DNA of 64,000 nucleotides from Sphagnum compactum (GCA_965153455.1 OZ234493.1:27084213-27148212), one strand, 5' to 3'; positions 1 through 14,073 are shown, counted from the first letter of the stretch. A program made the numbers and translations. The notes: generated by a model not told the origin, from the sequence alone.

Positions 1-579
1 AATTCGTCTTTCAAAGTGTTTGAGTGTGACTTAAAATATTTTGCCCAAAATGTTTGTGGCTACCTTGAATGGGCAAGTTATTATGATTTTCATGTTTCAA
101 TGTGTATATTGATTTCATTAATTGTGAGATGAAAATGCATTAATCACTTCTTTGAAACCGACTCTTATTATTTTGAAATAAAACGATGTTTTTTTCTTTT
201 TTGGCATCTACATGTAGCCACCCTTGTAATAATGTGATTAAATGAGATTGAAATGATTAAGCATTCTTTTCATGAGATGTTTGAATACGTATTTTGATTG
301 ATTTACTTGTGTTTTAAAAAATGCACTAATCACTTTGCTCAAACCAATCGATGAGTTTTTGAAAATAAAATAAATGTTACCTTTAATAATAATAAGATTA
401 AATGAGCCAAGTAGTTGAAACCCATGTGTAGTTGTGTAAAACATTTGCAACTTTTGGACCAAATGGTTTTCCTTAGGTTATCATTTGGACCCACCTTCCA
501 AACCTTAATATGTCATTAACAAGGCTAATCATTGTTAGTCTAATTAACACACTATTACCCTAAAACCCTAAACAACTAA

Positions 580-793
580 TGGTGCATTCACACTTGATGT
601 TAAATCAATGTTAAATGAAAATCTAGGTGGCAACCTAGATGGCACCCAATGTTAAATGGGCCATAGCTTAATGTTAAGTGAATGTTAAGCTTAACATACA
701 AATTTCATGGTAACTAGGTTTAAGTCCTAAATGGGTAGCATGGTGGTAGGGGACTCAACCTTAGAGTCCCTAACACCAAGTGTGAATGCACCT
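580..793. mobile_element. Tourist/PIF-Harbinger-like MITE
   Basis: Terminal inverted repeats GGTGCATTCACACTTGATGTTA (581-602) and TAACACCAAGTGTGAATGCACC (771-792), flanked by TAA on both sides (577-579, 794-796). No coding capacity. Confidence 0.8.
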
Positions 794-1569
794 TAAGAAG
801 ATGACGCTTTAACATGCAAAAATAAATAAATGTCCATTTTAGGGAGTTGACACTTTGAGGTTCATCTACCTTATTATTTAAATAAATAAATAAATAAATA
901 CCTTATTTGTGAAAGGATATCAAGAGAATTTTTTTTTTTGGGAAAACTTCGTATTGATATATTTCTAAGGCAATTTCATGTGGCATACAATTAAATTGGA
1001 AAAAATAAAAATAAAACCATCATCCTTATGATGAACCAAGAACAATAATAGGTTCCAACATGTCGCCATAACATAGGAGGATTCTTAGGAAAGAAAAGGA
1101 AAAAAAAGTAGGAAAATTTGGCTAATTCCTCTTTTTGATGATCACCTGAATAGCCGCATCAAAAAAATTGAAAATTTTTAAAAAAATTTAAAAATAATAA
1201 TAATAATAGTAACAATTGCCAAGGAGTAGCCTAGTAGACTGAGGGGAAAAACAAGAATAAAAAGAAAAAAGGGCACTTCTTAGTAGAGAATTAGCACAAT
1301 AATAGATAGCAACAAAATGAAAGAAAATCCAGCCAAAACAAAAAAAAAAAATGGCTTTTAAAAAAAAATGGCACCAACAAAATTCTTGTTTTGGTTTTTA
1401 GGGTTTGGTGCTTATTAGGGTTTGGCGCTCTGTAAGAATTGATGTTGTTGGGGATTTGCTTTGCTTTTGTGTGAATTGGGTGTTTGTATTTTGTGGGTGG
1501 GTGAGTTGGTTCTTTGTGTGTTTGTTGTGGGAAGGGGAGACGTGTTGTTTTGTTTTGTTTGCATGTAAG

Positions 1570-2564
1570 ATGAGCGGGAACAAGGAAGCGCCCAGAATAC
1601 TCTTGTGTGGAGACGTCAACGGACATCTGCATGCTCTTTATAAGCGTGTGCTCGCAGTTTAGTGTCTTTTCTTTCTTTGGATTATTGCTTTCGGAAAGGG
1701 ATGTTTGTGGGTTCACATGGAGCTGATGACATGCTTCTTACAGTTGTTTGTTTGTCCCCAAACAAAGAAGAAAATGAGAAAGAAAAATCAGCTGACGTTG
1801 TGGAGTTTTTTGGTCGTGCCCCCACCCAACAGGTGAATAAGAGCAATGGTCCCTTTGATGCGCTGCTGTGCGTGGGCCAATTCTTTCCTGAAACGCCTGA
1901 CGGAATGGATGAAATGGAAACCTATTTTACACTGGCCAAGCCAATCCCACTTCCCACTTATTTCATAGGGGACTATGGAGAAGGAGCCGCTGCCCTTTTG
2001 GCACCGGCTAAAGCAAAGGCAGCGGAAACAGGTATACCCATGGATGGCGTACGCATTTGCGATAACCTTCTCTGGCTAAAGGGGAGTGGAATTCTCAATC
2101 TGAAAGGTTAGAGAAGTTCAACCCCACCTAAACCCTAAACCATAAACCCTAAACTTTCTTAGAACCAATTTGTTTCTGTTTCATCCTGTTCCAGACTCTG
2201 AGATTTAGCTGCTGCTGCTATAATTTTCTACCTGCAATGAATGTGATGAGAGTGAATCCAAGAGTGTTGGAATTGGAATTGCCTTCTGAGCAGTATAATG
2301 GCACAGGTCTTCGAGTGGCATATCTCTCGGGGAAACACAGTGCAGAATTGTATCAAAATGCAAAGGCGGCAGCTGCTGCAGGAGCTCACCATGAGGATGA
2401 CGTGGACACACTGCGGGCTTTTGCAGATGATCCAAGCATTACAGACCTCTTCCTTTCATATCCTCTTTTGTTACTTCTTAGAATTGGAGAATGGTGGAAG
2501 GTGTTGCTGTTTGTTTTAGGTTTTAGGGTTCAGGATTTTGTGTTTCCAGCTGGTTTGCAAAAAA

Positions 2565-2604
<40 letters not shown>

Positions 2605-3138
2605 CTTTCTCTCTTTGATTTTTCTCTTGGAAATTCACTTGGAAGCAACAAGGGTTTCAGTCTTTGACTGTTATTTCTACAAATGAATGGCCACAAGGCA
2701 TCCTTGCCGAAGCGGATTTATCAGTTGTACCAGAGGGGATTGACAGGATGACTACAGGCAGCACTATTTCAGCTGAGCTTGCAAAAGAACTCAAGCCTCG
2801 GTAAGGACACATCATGCTGCTCTGACACTTTGAGAGCAATTCTCATAAATACTATGAATTCACTCATTGTCATGTTATCTGCAAATTGTTTGTCGTGGAG
2901 ATTTCATAGATATATCACTTGGACCAGGAAGTGCTCAGAGATTTTTTAATTTATTTTTGGGTATGGAATCAGCTACCATTTTGCAGGGTCAGAGGGGGTC
3001 TTCTATGCTCGTGAACCTTACCTTAACACAGGGGTTACCCACACAACTCGCTTCATTGGACTTGCAGCTGTTGGCAATGACAAGAAACAGGTCTGTTCCC
3101 TGTTCTTTCTTGTGATTCTTCTTTTTTCGGGATATGTG

Positions 3139-3179
<41 letters not shown>

Positions 3180-5873
3180 TCCATGAATTCAACTGAGCTA
3201 GAGATGCTGGATTCACATACATAGTGGCGCCTTGTTGCTGCTGATTGCATTGCAGAAATTCCTTCATGCTTTGTCTCCAACACCAGCATCTGCCATGCTT
3301 TCTTCAGAATTGGCTGTAAGGCCTCCCAACACCACCATCTCCCCCTACAGGATGGGGACTCACAAGAGCTCAAATAACACAACTCCCTCACGTCCAGGGT
3401 TGAAGAGGGACTTAGTGCACAGTACCAGCATCACCACCACTACAGAGTCTCCTGCTAATGAAGGCCAGTATTGGAGATATGATGTCAATCAGGGAAAGAG
3501 ACAAAGGTCTGATGATGGTGGCAACAGGGTTTGCTTTGAGTTTGTTAAACAGGGCTCATGCTCACGTGGTGAAACCTGTAAATTCAGGCATGATCTCGGG
3601 AATGGAACTCCGATACCCAAGGGAGCTTGCTTTGATTTCATATCTAAGGGGAGATGTGAAAGGGGAGCTGATTGCCGGTACCGGCACTCTCTTGAGGAAG
3701 ACAAGAATGTGGGGGAGGGAGGGGATGCTCTTCCCCCTGGTGTATGCTTTGACTTCTTCAGGAAAGGACAATGCGAGAGAGGATCAGACTGCAGGTAATG
3801 CTTGGTGAATTTGAATACTTGCTTTGTAAGCTGACATTCAGTAGCAACCCGTCTTCAAGCCATGTTTGACAGGCCAGTTTATCCAAGCTAGTCTCTCATT
3901 TGTTGTTCTTTCTTTGTTGACTCTTGTGGAAATCCTGCCCACAAAACACTACCACATGCAGCAACATTGTAACCTCAATTTGTAGAGTAGGGTTTTCTGT
4001 CGGCATTTGCTCCTAGCTGATAGTTGCTGTTGATAAAGATGATGTCTTTGTTTTTGACCAGGTTCAGTCATAGCCTAGACAATGCACGGCCGATAAGGAC
4101 TCCTCGTCCACCGCCAGACGCCTGTTGGTTCTGTCTCTCCTCCCCTTCAATTGACACACACCTTGTAGTTTCTGTTGGTGACCACTGCTATTGTGCTATA
4201 GCCAAAGGCCCTTTGGTTGATAGCCATATTCTGATCCTCCCCATTGAGCATCACCCATCAACCATCTCACTGCCTGCTGATGCTGAATCTGAGCTGCAAA
4301 GGTACAAGGATGCACTACAGAAATGTTTCAAGACTCAAGGCAAGGCTACTGTGTTCTTTGAGCGCTACTTGCAGCTACGTGCTGGAACTCATGCACACCT
4401 TCAGGTAATTCATACCACCTGGCACCTTACCTTTTCTTCCAGTAGGATGTAACCCACTGGAAAATTTCTCTCTCTGCTAAAGTGGTAGGATGAGCAGAGT
4501 AATGGTTAAACCCTGCAAGGTCTGGAGCAAGAAAATATTCTTGGAAACCCAGAATTCCTGATAGAGTTGAAAATGCTTGCAGGCAGTCCCTGTTCCATTA
4601 CAAAAGGCATCAAGTGTGCGAAGTGCATTCGTGTCAGCTGCAAAGGAGGTGGGGTTTGAGTTTGATATCATTTGCCCATGTAAGAAGCAAAAATATCACC
4701 ATGCCTCTTCCCCTTATAAAACCTTTTGGGTGCATATAGTTTGAGCTGGTCACTTGTCACTCATTATACCATTGTGGGGAAGGCCCTCTTTATTGATGGT
4801 AGAACAGAGGTGTTTTCCTTTGGATCAGATATTCTTATCTGTGAAATCCTTGTTGATTAGAGACTAGCATTCATGACATTGACAGTGGGTGGGCTTGCCT
4901 TTGACTCTCTGCAGCTGACACAGATCCACAAGCCAGACAAGCATTGAAAGAGGTGGTTGGAGGAGGAGCAAACTTCTTTTTCGTTGAGCTGCCTGAGGGC
5001 ACCATACTGGCTCACAGACTTGCTCCAGGAGAGAAGTTGCCAATGCAGTTTGGTCGCGAGGTGAGGACATATGATCTTGCTGTTGGCTAGGTATTTTTTT
5101 TCGAGAATGGATTTTCTACCACATTCTTGTTGGATAACTTGTGCTTGCCTGATCTTATGCTCACTCATTTTCTCAGTGCATCTGCCCTCTCCTGTGTTTT
5201 GTACTCTCTTTCTGTTGAAGCTTACCCTCCCAAGCTTGTTGCTGTATGAATGAGGGTACTATTGACTTTTTTGGTTAGCTATTTCTCTTGAGTGCTAGCC
5301 AACCTCATGACCAAATCTTCCCATTGCCTTTGGAAATGGAACAGAAACTCGGGATCAGGTTTTGTATAATGGTTTGCCTTAATCCTTCCAAAGTGAAAAC
5401 TTATCTACATCCATCACCATTGGGAGCTGATAAAGTCAGTGGGTACTAGTCATGGCAGCTTGTGAGTGCCAATTTGTGATGAAGATGATGGTCTGACACT
5501 TCACATGAGCAACTCTCACAAGGTTATGACTGCACTGATTGTCATGGTACCTTCAAAGAGTTTTTGTGGAGATTACTCTGCAATCTCATGGACACATACC
5601 TGTATTATTGAACAGCAAACAATGAATTGTCAGGGTTGATGGGACCACCAACAGCAAAGATCACATTCACTGTTACGAGTCCTCCACGTCTATTTTCATA
5701 TTCTAATGTATTTGTCAGTTGTCCTGGATCTGCAGGTGATGGCTAGCTTACTAGGGACACCAGAAAGGGGAGACTGGAAAGCATGCAAGTTGGACATTGA
5801 AGAGGAGACATCCATGGCTGACCGATTCAAAGAGCAATTCCAAAGTTTTGATCTTATGCAATCACTGGTATAG
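1570..5873 (+). CDS. CWF19L1: CWF19-like protein 1 / zinc finger CCCH domain protein 64-like (inactive metallophosphoesterase N-terminus, CCCH fingers, CwfJ C-terminus)
   Basis: Exons 1570-1656, 1833-2106, 2307-2457, 2681-2800, 2973-3090, 3256-3794, 4062-4404, 4583-4679, 4915-5060, 5736-5873 join in frame. Motifs ILLCGDV, GPFDALLCVGQFF, DLFLSNEWP, KPRYHFAG, three C-x8-C-x5-C-x3-H fingers, CWFCLSSP, AKGPL, HAHLQAVP, QFGREV, DWKAC; TAG at 5871-5873. Confidence 0.93.
2458..2680 (+). other. U12-type (minor spliceosome) AT-AC intron
   Basis: 5' end ATATCCTC at 2458, branch-site-like TCTTTGAC at 2661-2668, 3' end AC at 2679-2680. Removal restores DLFLS-NEWP in frame. Confidence 0.9.
2568..2601. 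repeat. (CT)n microsatellite inside the U12 intron
   Basis: Direct reading of the ctctct run. Confidence 0.9.
3145..3177. repeat. (TG)n microsatellite, intronic
   Basis: Direct reading. Confidence 0.9.
5405..5550 (+). repeat. Dispersed intronic element, most complete copy (others at ~2811-2874 +, ~13285-13325 -, ~16555-16660 -, ~38128-38266 +)
   Basis: Shared core TGATGAA-x-x-TGATGGTCTGA-x-x-CTT and downstream TGACTGCACT-x-ATTGT, aligned by eye across copies. Confidence 0.7.
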
Positions 5874-6589
5874 TGTACTGCGATTCATTTTAGCTTTCAT
5901 GTCAAGCCATGCCTTAAGACAATTTTGATTTTTTTTACGTAGACACCCAAGAAAGTCTTGCCTCCAAAGAGCCCACTTGATTCACTCTCTGACAAAAAGG
6001 TTGAATGTGTTTTTTTCTTGTCATGTCTTTCCTTTCCTTTCCTTTCCTTTCCTTAGCTTGTTTGGACTCTTCCTCCTCAACAACAAAGGAAATTCAATCC
6101 ATTGTTGATAGCTTGTGTGTGGTCAAGTATCTTGGGTCCTTTAAGAAAAACTTTGATAATTGACAAAATTGGCAAAAATTTATCTGGGACAAGAAGAGGT
6201 TTAACTTAAGGTTTTAACTTTGTTAGAGGAACTTGGGTATGACTCAATTTGGGTATAATGATACAATAGTCCCGGAGCTTTTCTTCAACCGCCATTGTCC
6301 CTTAAAAAAACTGTGCAATTGCATTCTCTATGACTTCGTCAAATGAAGAAGAATCAAGTGTACAACCAAAGTCAAGTTTCAAAGTGCAATTACCTCCAAA
6401 AAACCCACATTTGAAATAGAAAATAAAGAGAGAATATAACACTAGAGCAAAGCCACCGACCAAATATATACACGTACGGGAATGAGTCGCATTTCACTCC
6501 TGGTTTTGAAAAAAATTCATTTGCCGTTGGATCTCCAATCTACCGGTGCAGAAGAATACACGATAGCAGTAATCTTTGCGGTGAATCAA

Positions 6590-6720
6590 CCGCCCCCGTC
6601 CCGTCCCGTCCCGCCCGCCTGCCCGCCCGCCCGCCCCTCGGCCCGCGGTTTTTTCTGCGGTTTGCCGTCGCGGTTGCTGCGCGGATCTCCCTCTCTCTCT
6701 CTCTCTCTCTCTCTGCAGCC
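6590..6720 (+). promoter_or_regulatory. GC-rich, CpG-rich promoter/5' leader of the RabA gene with (CT)n Y-patch
   Basis: CCGCCC repeats followed by a (CT)n run, about 600 bp upstream of ATG 7296. Confidence 0.5.
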
Positions 6721-7244
6721 ATCGTTCTCCGTTCCCGCAGCAGGAGCTTCTTCTTCATCTTCTTCTTCTTCAGGGTTTTTCTCCTCCGTCCTGCGTCTCT
6801 TCTCTCAGTGCGTGTCTCCCTGGAATGGCTATAGCTTTGTAGATCCGTATTTTGTTGCTCTTTCGTCTGTCTTTTTTGCAGTTTTCTGGTGGAAGGATTT
6901 GAGTATCGCAGCAAGGGAGGAGGAGAAGGTGTTTTCGTTCTTGAACTTCATCGCAGCGGCGTTATCTGCCAGAGTTCGCGCTCTTGTCTCCGGCTTCCGA
7001 CTGTTTTTGTTGCTGCTGCTGCTGTTGGAGTGTCATCCAGTTGGATCTTCGTTCGAGTTTCAGGTTGGACCTCCTCTTTGTTCCGCTTCTCTTTTTTTTC
7101 CCTTTTTCCCCCCAGCTTCTTGTGCGGAGCTATTTTCTCAGGCTTGTTTTCTGTTGGATTTCTCGTGTGCGTAGTTGTCAGGAGGTGTTTCTCTTGGAAT
7201 TTTTTGCTCGGCTGCTATCTTAGATCCAAGCGGCGATCGTCTGA

Positions 7245-8820
<1,576 letters not shown>

Positions 8821-10848
8821 ACATAGCACTTGGCCACAGCAATGTCTGGAGTCTTTTTGCCACACTTGCAGGTGGGACATCTAATATGGGGTGAGATTTG
8901 TTTCTTGTGAAATACCAGGAAATTTTTTTGGTGTGCTGCTTGGAGACTTGCTTGCTCATCACTCTCTTAGAAGGGTAGTGGCAGCATCAGGTTGAAAGCT
9001 TCACCCTGTTCAGAGGCTATGTACAACATTTTCTTGGTGAATTTTCAGTCACCCACCCAAGCCATGGTAGATTCTAAAGACCTTCCTTTCTTGTAGAAGG
9101 CTGGGATCATCAGGTCAGAATGTTTACCCTATCATAGGTTCACTAGAGAGGTTCCTGGTAATGATAAACAGTCATCCACCAAAAAATACTGTAGTTTCTA
9201 GAGACCTTGATTCCAGTTCTTTGCTGAACCAGCAAGGCCCGCTTTAATCCCATGGCTGTTATGACCACAAGCAGAAGGGGTGGGTTGGCTGATTGGTTAT
9301 CCAAATAGTGGGGATGGGTGCATAAGTATCCATTATCAATTAGGTATGTGTTTGGGTTTGTGGAATTTGTGCTCATACCTACATGTAAGGAAACTTGAAC
9401 AGGAAGGAATGTGTTGTGGGTATTGTGGGACTGAGTTGCTGCTTATGGAGAGTATTGTAAGTGAAAATTTGTCAAGCTTTTATATGCTGTTTTTTCTGGG
9501 TGGCACAATGCTGTTAATTAAGTGCATACCTTTAATTTATTTTTCACTGGGAAGTCCAAGATGGACTTTCAGACCAGACGTGGTAACTAAGATTTGTGGG
9601 TCTGTGTAAGTAAAGTCTTGTTTGTCAAATGGTTGGATATCTCCATACTTATACACATTATCTTTTTTTCTCTTGGTTAAATTAGGTGCAAGGTTTACTG
9701 AGTAGAACAAGTATCACCACATCTCTTGACCTTTTCTAACTTGTTGCATTAGTTTCCACAAACCTTCTTTGGAGCTATCTCCTGTCAGGCTCTTCAAGTT
9801 TGATAGGGAGGGAGGGAGATGAACAGGAGCTTTGAAGAACAGGCACCCACAGAGAACAGTTTGCTGAAGTCGCTGTGATTACATATACTCTAAGGAATAT
9901 TGATGTTATTATGAGAAAGGCGTTTCTTGGTTTCAATTGTTTGCAAGTCAAGTCACATCTCATGAGTTGTGAAAGTGTCCAAACACATTCTCTCTTTGTG
10001 TTTTAGAGTAATACTATAGTAGGATGCCAGGCCTTAATTTTATGCTTTAACAGACTGCAACCTTTGTTGAGCATTGTGAGATATGGCCAAATGGCTGGAT
10101 ACAGTACAAGGGATGTTATATACGGTTTATTGTACAGTACTTACCTCATGGTGACCTACTGTAACTATTTCTGCAGAGAGTTTGGTTGTTGGGAAACAGA
10201 TGTTCACAGAAAATGGCAATTTGAAGGACTCTGAAGATATGCAGTGATCTTTTCAGTGTACCCGAGTGGAGCAACCATCATCTCGGGTGGACCATTATCT
10301 TGACACATTTGACAGCAAGTGGGACCCACAAGGTACGGTTCTGTACTCTTGGTACTCAAGAAGAACAAGCAGTGTGATAAGTGGCACCTCAAACAGTCAG
10401 CAAAAAAGCAAAGTTGAGATCCGCTTGACCCGTCCTGCCTTTCATGTCCTCAATGGAGAGATGGGTCCAGAGTCTTTAGTTCTTCTTGGATTCTTTGAGT
10501 AAAAGGTCTTGTCCTGTATGGGTTTTTACCCAACACTGTCAGCAAAAACATAAGCAACTGTTCCTTTGGGAGAGATTATGTACAAGACTTTCATGTTAAA
10601 ATTTAAGCATAATAAGAAGACCTGGCAACCATGGATTTTAGAGGATCCTTTGCCTTTTCTCACTGAGCTGAGAGAGAGAGAGAGAGAGAGAGGTGGTTAG
10701 GAGACATAAAATCCCACATGAAGAAAATTCCACAGTAAGTAGCCAGCAAAAGGAATTTTGCTGCTGTTTCTGATCCCTTTATGTTCACAACAAACACAAG
10801 TTATTGCAAATGGCATTACTCTATCAACGTGGTTGGGATTGCACTCAC

Positions 10849-13800
10849 CACAATGTTTGTTATAATGGGAGATGCTCCAAAGTAGTGGTTTAACAGAAAC
10901 ATGATCAACACAAGCCCTCCCCATCCAATGACATGAGTCACTCCAATAGTGGAGTCATTGAAGTGCAAGTGGTTGGTGTGATAGTAGAACATAATTGTTG
11001 ACATGTTTGGGATCAGAATCTGGGATGTCAGAAACCATAGGATTGGTCTGCAACAACAAAATGGGCAATAGGAAGAATGCTTGCATGAGAGCAACATAAT
11101 CCCATTCACTAACAACAAAAGAGCAAGGATTGATGAGCAGCATTTCAAGTTTTAAGATAGAGACGTGAGGTGAAAACCAAGATTTCAACAAACACAAAAT
11201 CCATATTGATGTCTGATGGATCTGTTTCTTCATGAGAATAGTGAGAGGGAGAGAAAGACACCTACTGCATTACAGTAGGCTGCCTAACTGCTTCCAAAAG
11301 AGATATAGTTGCTGACATGAGTCCACACTTCTGTAGCTCCCACTGACCTTGGAAAGGGACCAGCTCCTCATCACTTAGGTATTCATTTTGTTCATGTAAT
11401 TCTTGAGCCTATGATGCAGCAAACAATGTCATGATCGTGGATAAGATCTGGTACCTATTTTGGCAACTCCATCAATTGGCTTTCACAGAGCTTGGTCACA
11501 GTAAAGAAAACATCTCAGGAGAACTTAGAAAAATATACCTCAACAAGTTTGAGCTTTTCCATTTGTTCATTGATGTTGAACTTAGCTGAACCTGTTCTGT
11601 TTGTAATGACTGCCAAATTGGGACTAGGGAACTCAATGATCATTGACTCCTTTTCCAACCCATTGGATTCAATCTGGATCCAATCTTCTTCATCTTCTTC
11701 TATGAGACTAGACTCACATCCTTCCCTGACAATCTCAGTCTTGAGCCTCTCATTACTTTCTCTGACTTCTGTAAACACATAAGAGTACTGAAGGTAAGTC
11801 AGACATTGACAATATCAAAGGATCAAACTCTAGCCACCCTTTTGACAATATATATTGGCCATAGCAGAGCTCAAGTGTAAAGCTGTCTGAAAGAGCAAAT
11901 AACAGCAAAACTATGAAAGGTTTGAGCACCTGAACCAAGAGTATGGGTCACATGGATTTCTGTGCAGACAATATAAACATCCTTGTCACTCAGGTTCAAC
12001 TCAGTGGTGGTACTGAAGGCTTCTTCCTTGGTACAAACGATAATCGCATAATTACTGCTGACCAGTGATGAATCTCTTTCCACTTCTGTAACAACATCCA
12101 ATCCATACCGGGTAGGGCACTCCAAAATCCTTTCATTGGCATCATCCTCAATCCTGAAAGCCACTTGACCTAACATTCTCTTGTCCATCAACCCACAAGC
12201 CACTAGCTGCAGAAGGGGGAGTATTGAGAAAATAAGAAAGATTCCCTCCACGTTCAGGACTGATAGACCACCCAGCCCAGCGCTTACACTACCCACTATG
12301 GCTCCGCACACTGTCGCTAGCCATGAAATTGCTTGTAATGCTCCAGTGAACTCAAATCTGGCAAGGCATCATAACAATACCCCACCTTCCCCCATGCTGT
12401 TAATACTTTCAATCATACAGAAAGACTTTACTCACTTTTGCCCAGTTCTTAGGCTCCGTGCTAGTTTGCATGGAGCAATAGGAATTTGAGGAACCTAATT
12501 TGCATGGAGCAATAGTTTACCCTTAAAAAAGTGTTTTGATGAATTTCTTACATGCTCCGGATTTCATCTAGAACAAATGCCTGGACACAAGCATGAAGCT
12601 GCTGTGCTACCACCAATCAAAGAGTTACTACCCTAGCCATGCTAGGGTTTCAGGCTTTAGCTCAGAGACATGCTAGAGTAGGATCCAATTTATGCAGAGT
12701 TGAGAAACTCAGTTTTCTCTGATGTTTTTTGTGGACAGACCAGCTCACCACTCAATGAGAGAGTATTGCAAACTTTGCACCGAAAAAAGAGATCTTGGTA
12801 GTCATCCAATTACTATATGCAATTTATACCCTCATAGGCTACTCCTGAACTGGAAAATTCTACAACTCATAATCAATCCCCTGAGAATCTCTTTTGGGTA
12901 AGGAAGGATATGGGGAAGAAACCTTTCTTTATGTGCTGCAGTCTCTGCAACAATTGCATCCATGACAATGTCTGCCATCGCAGCTCCAACATTCTGAGTT
13001 GTAATAAGAAGCACAGTCAAATATGCAAAGGATGATGCCCTCAAAGCCACAAAGTGCGCAAGAACAAACCATGGTACAAATGACAGTACAACTGCAATGA
13101 TCAAATGCGGAACCCGCCTGCTCCCTCCAATTGGCACATAGTCTGATAATATGCTGTGTGTATTGCACAACCACAATCAACCAGATAGAAACCATGTTAA
13201 AACTGTCACAGGTTCATGTTTAATCTTGTGAAGCTGCGGATTTTTAGTTATATGATTATGCTCACTGGAAGATTAAGTTATTATTGGCTCTGTGACATCT
13301 GAGACCATTTCAAGCTTCATCTCGTCTCTGTGAGGTTTGGGAAATAAAGACCTACCCGTGGATCATTGGCTTCACACTCCAGGGAATGAATGCTGCAGAG
13401 ACCAGAAATTGAGAAACAGAAGGACTGGGTTTAAGCTCATCTTTCATTTGATAAAATATGGCCATCCATGCAAATGACCGGAATCCCTGCAAACAGGAAA
13501 AAAAAATGAAAATGAAAATAATTAGAGAGAAAGAGAGAGAGAGAGAGAGAGAGCTTGTGCTATCTATGGCTTGCTTTTTTCTTCTTTTTCCCCCCAAATT
13601 TGTGTTGTGGGTGGGTTGGCAATCATGCACACGAGGACTTTGCCAAATTTGGCTAGGCATTAGAGGGGGAAGCAGTTTAGGATTTCTCATATATTTTGGT
13701 GACTTGTTGGAACCTATTCTCTAAAATATGGCGACTTTAGATTTTAAAAGGAAATTTTTTTAGATTTATTTTTTCCTCATAATGTAACAACTTGGGCCCA

Positions 13801-14047
13801 TTTTTTTTTTTTCCAAAAAACACCCATCATTGTACCTTTTGCAGCTTCCCTTTATTTTTCTTGCCAAGGATGCAAAAATTCATGGGGGGAAAAAAAACCA
13901 CTAGAACTAACTACTATTATGAGTTTGTTGAGAAATTGGCAAAAGGGAAGAGATGGAATAATGGGATACCCGAGCCCAGTAAATGGAAGTGATAAGGAAC
14001 AGGAATGGTACTCCAAATGTAATTCTCAGTCTTTTAAACCACTTCAT
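10849..14047 (-). pseudogene. Folate-biopterin transporter (BT1/FBT family, FBT4-like), probably 3'-disrupted
   Basis: ATG 14047 (MKWFKRLRITFG). Exons encode GFRSFAW..YQMKDEL..PWSVKP, GILSDYVPIGGSRRVP, QNVGAAMADIVMDA, FTGALQAISW, AVRQPTVMQ-PILWF..PNMSTIMFYY. Near 10860-10881 there is an apparent +1 T and a TAA in the family-like frame, and no recognisable C-terminal exons follow. Confidence 0.7.
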
Positions 14048-14073
14048 TGTTGTTGTTGTTGTTGTTGTTGTTG
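14048..14073. repeat. (TGT/ACA)n microsatellite immediately upstream of the FBT start codon
   Basis: Direct reading. Confidence 0.85.

Noticed and set aside
9780-10502. Exon-like stretches and a 78-aa ORF on the plus strand between RabA and FBT
   Set aside because: No recognisable homology and no consistent spliced frame could be built.
13962-13969. GTATCCCA donor of FBT intron 1 as a possible U12 GT-AG intron
   Set aside because: It deviates from GTATCCTT and no TCCTTRAC-like branch site is seen near the acceptor.
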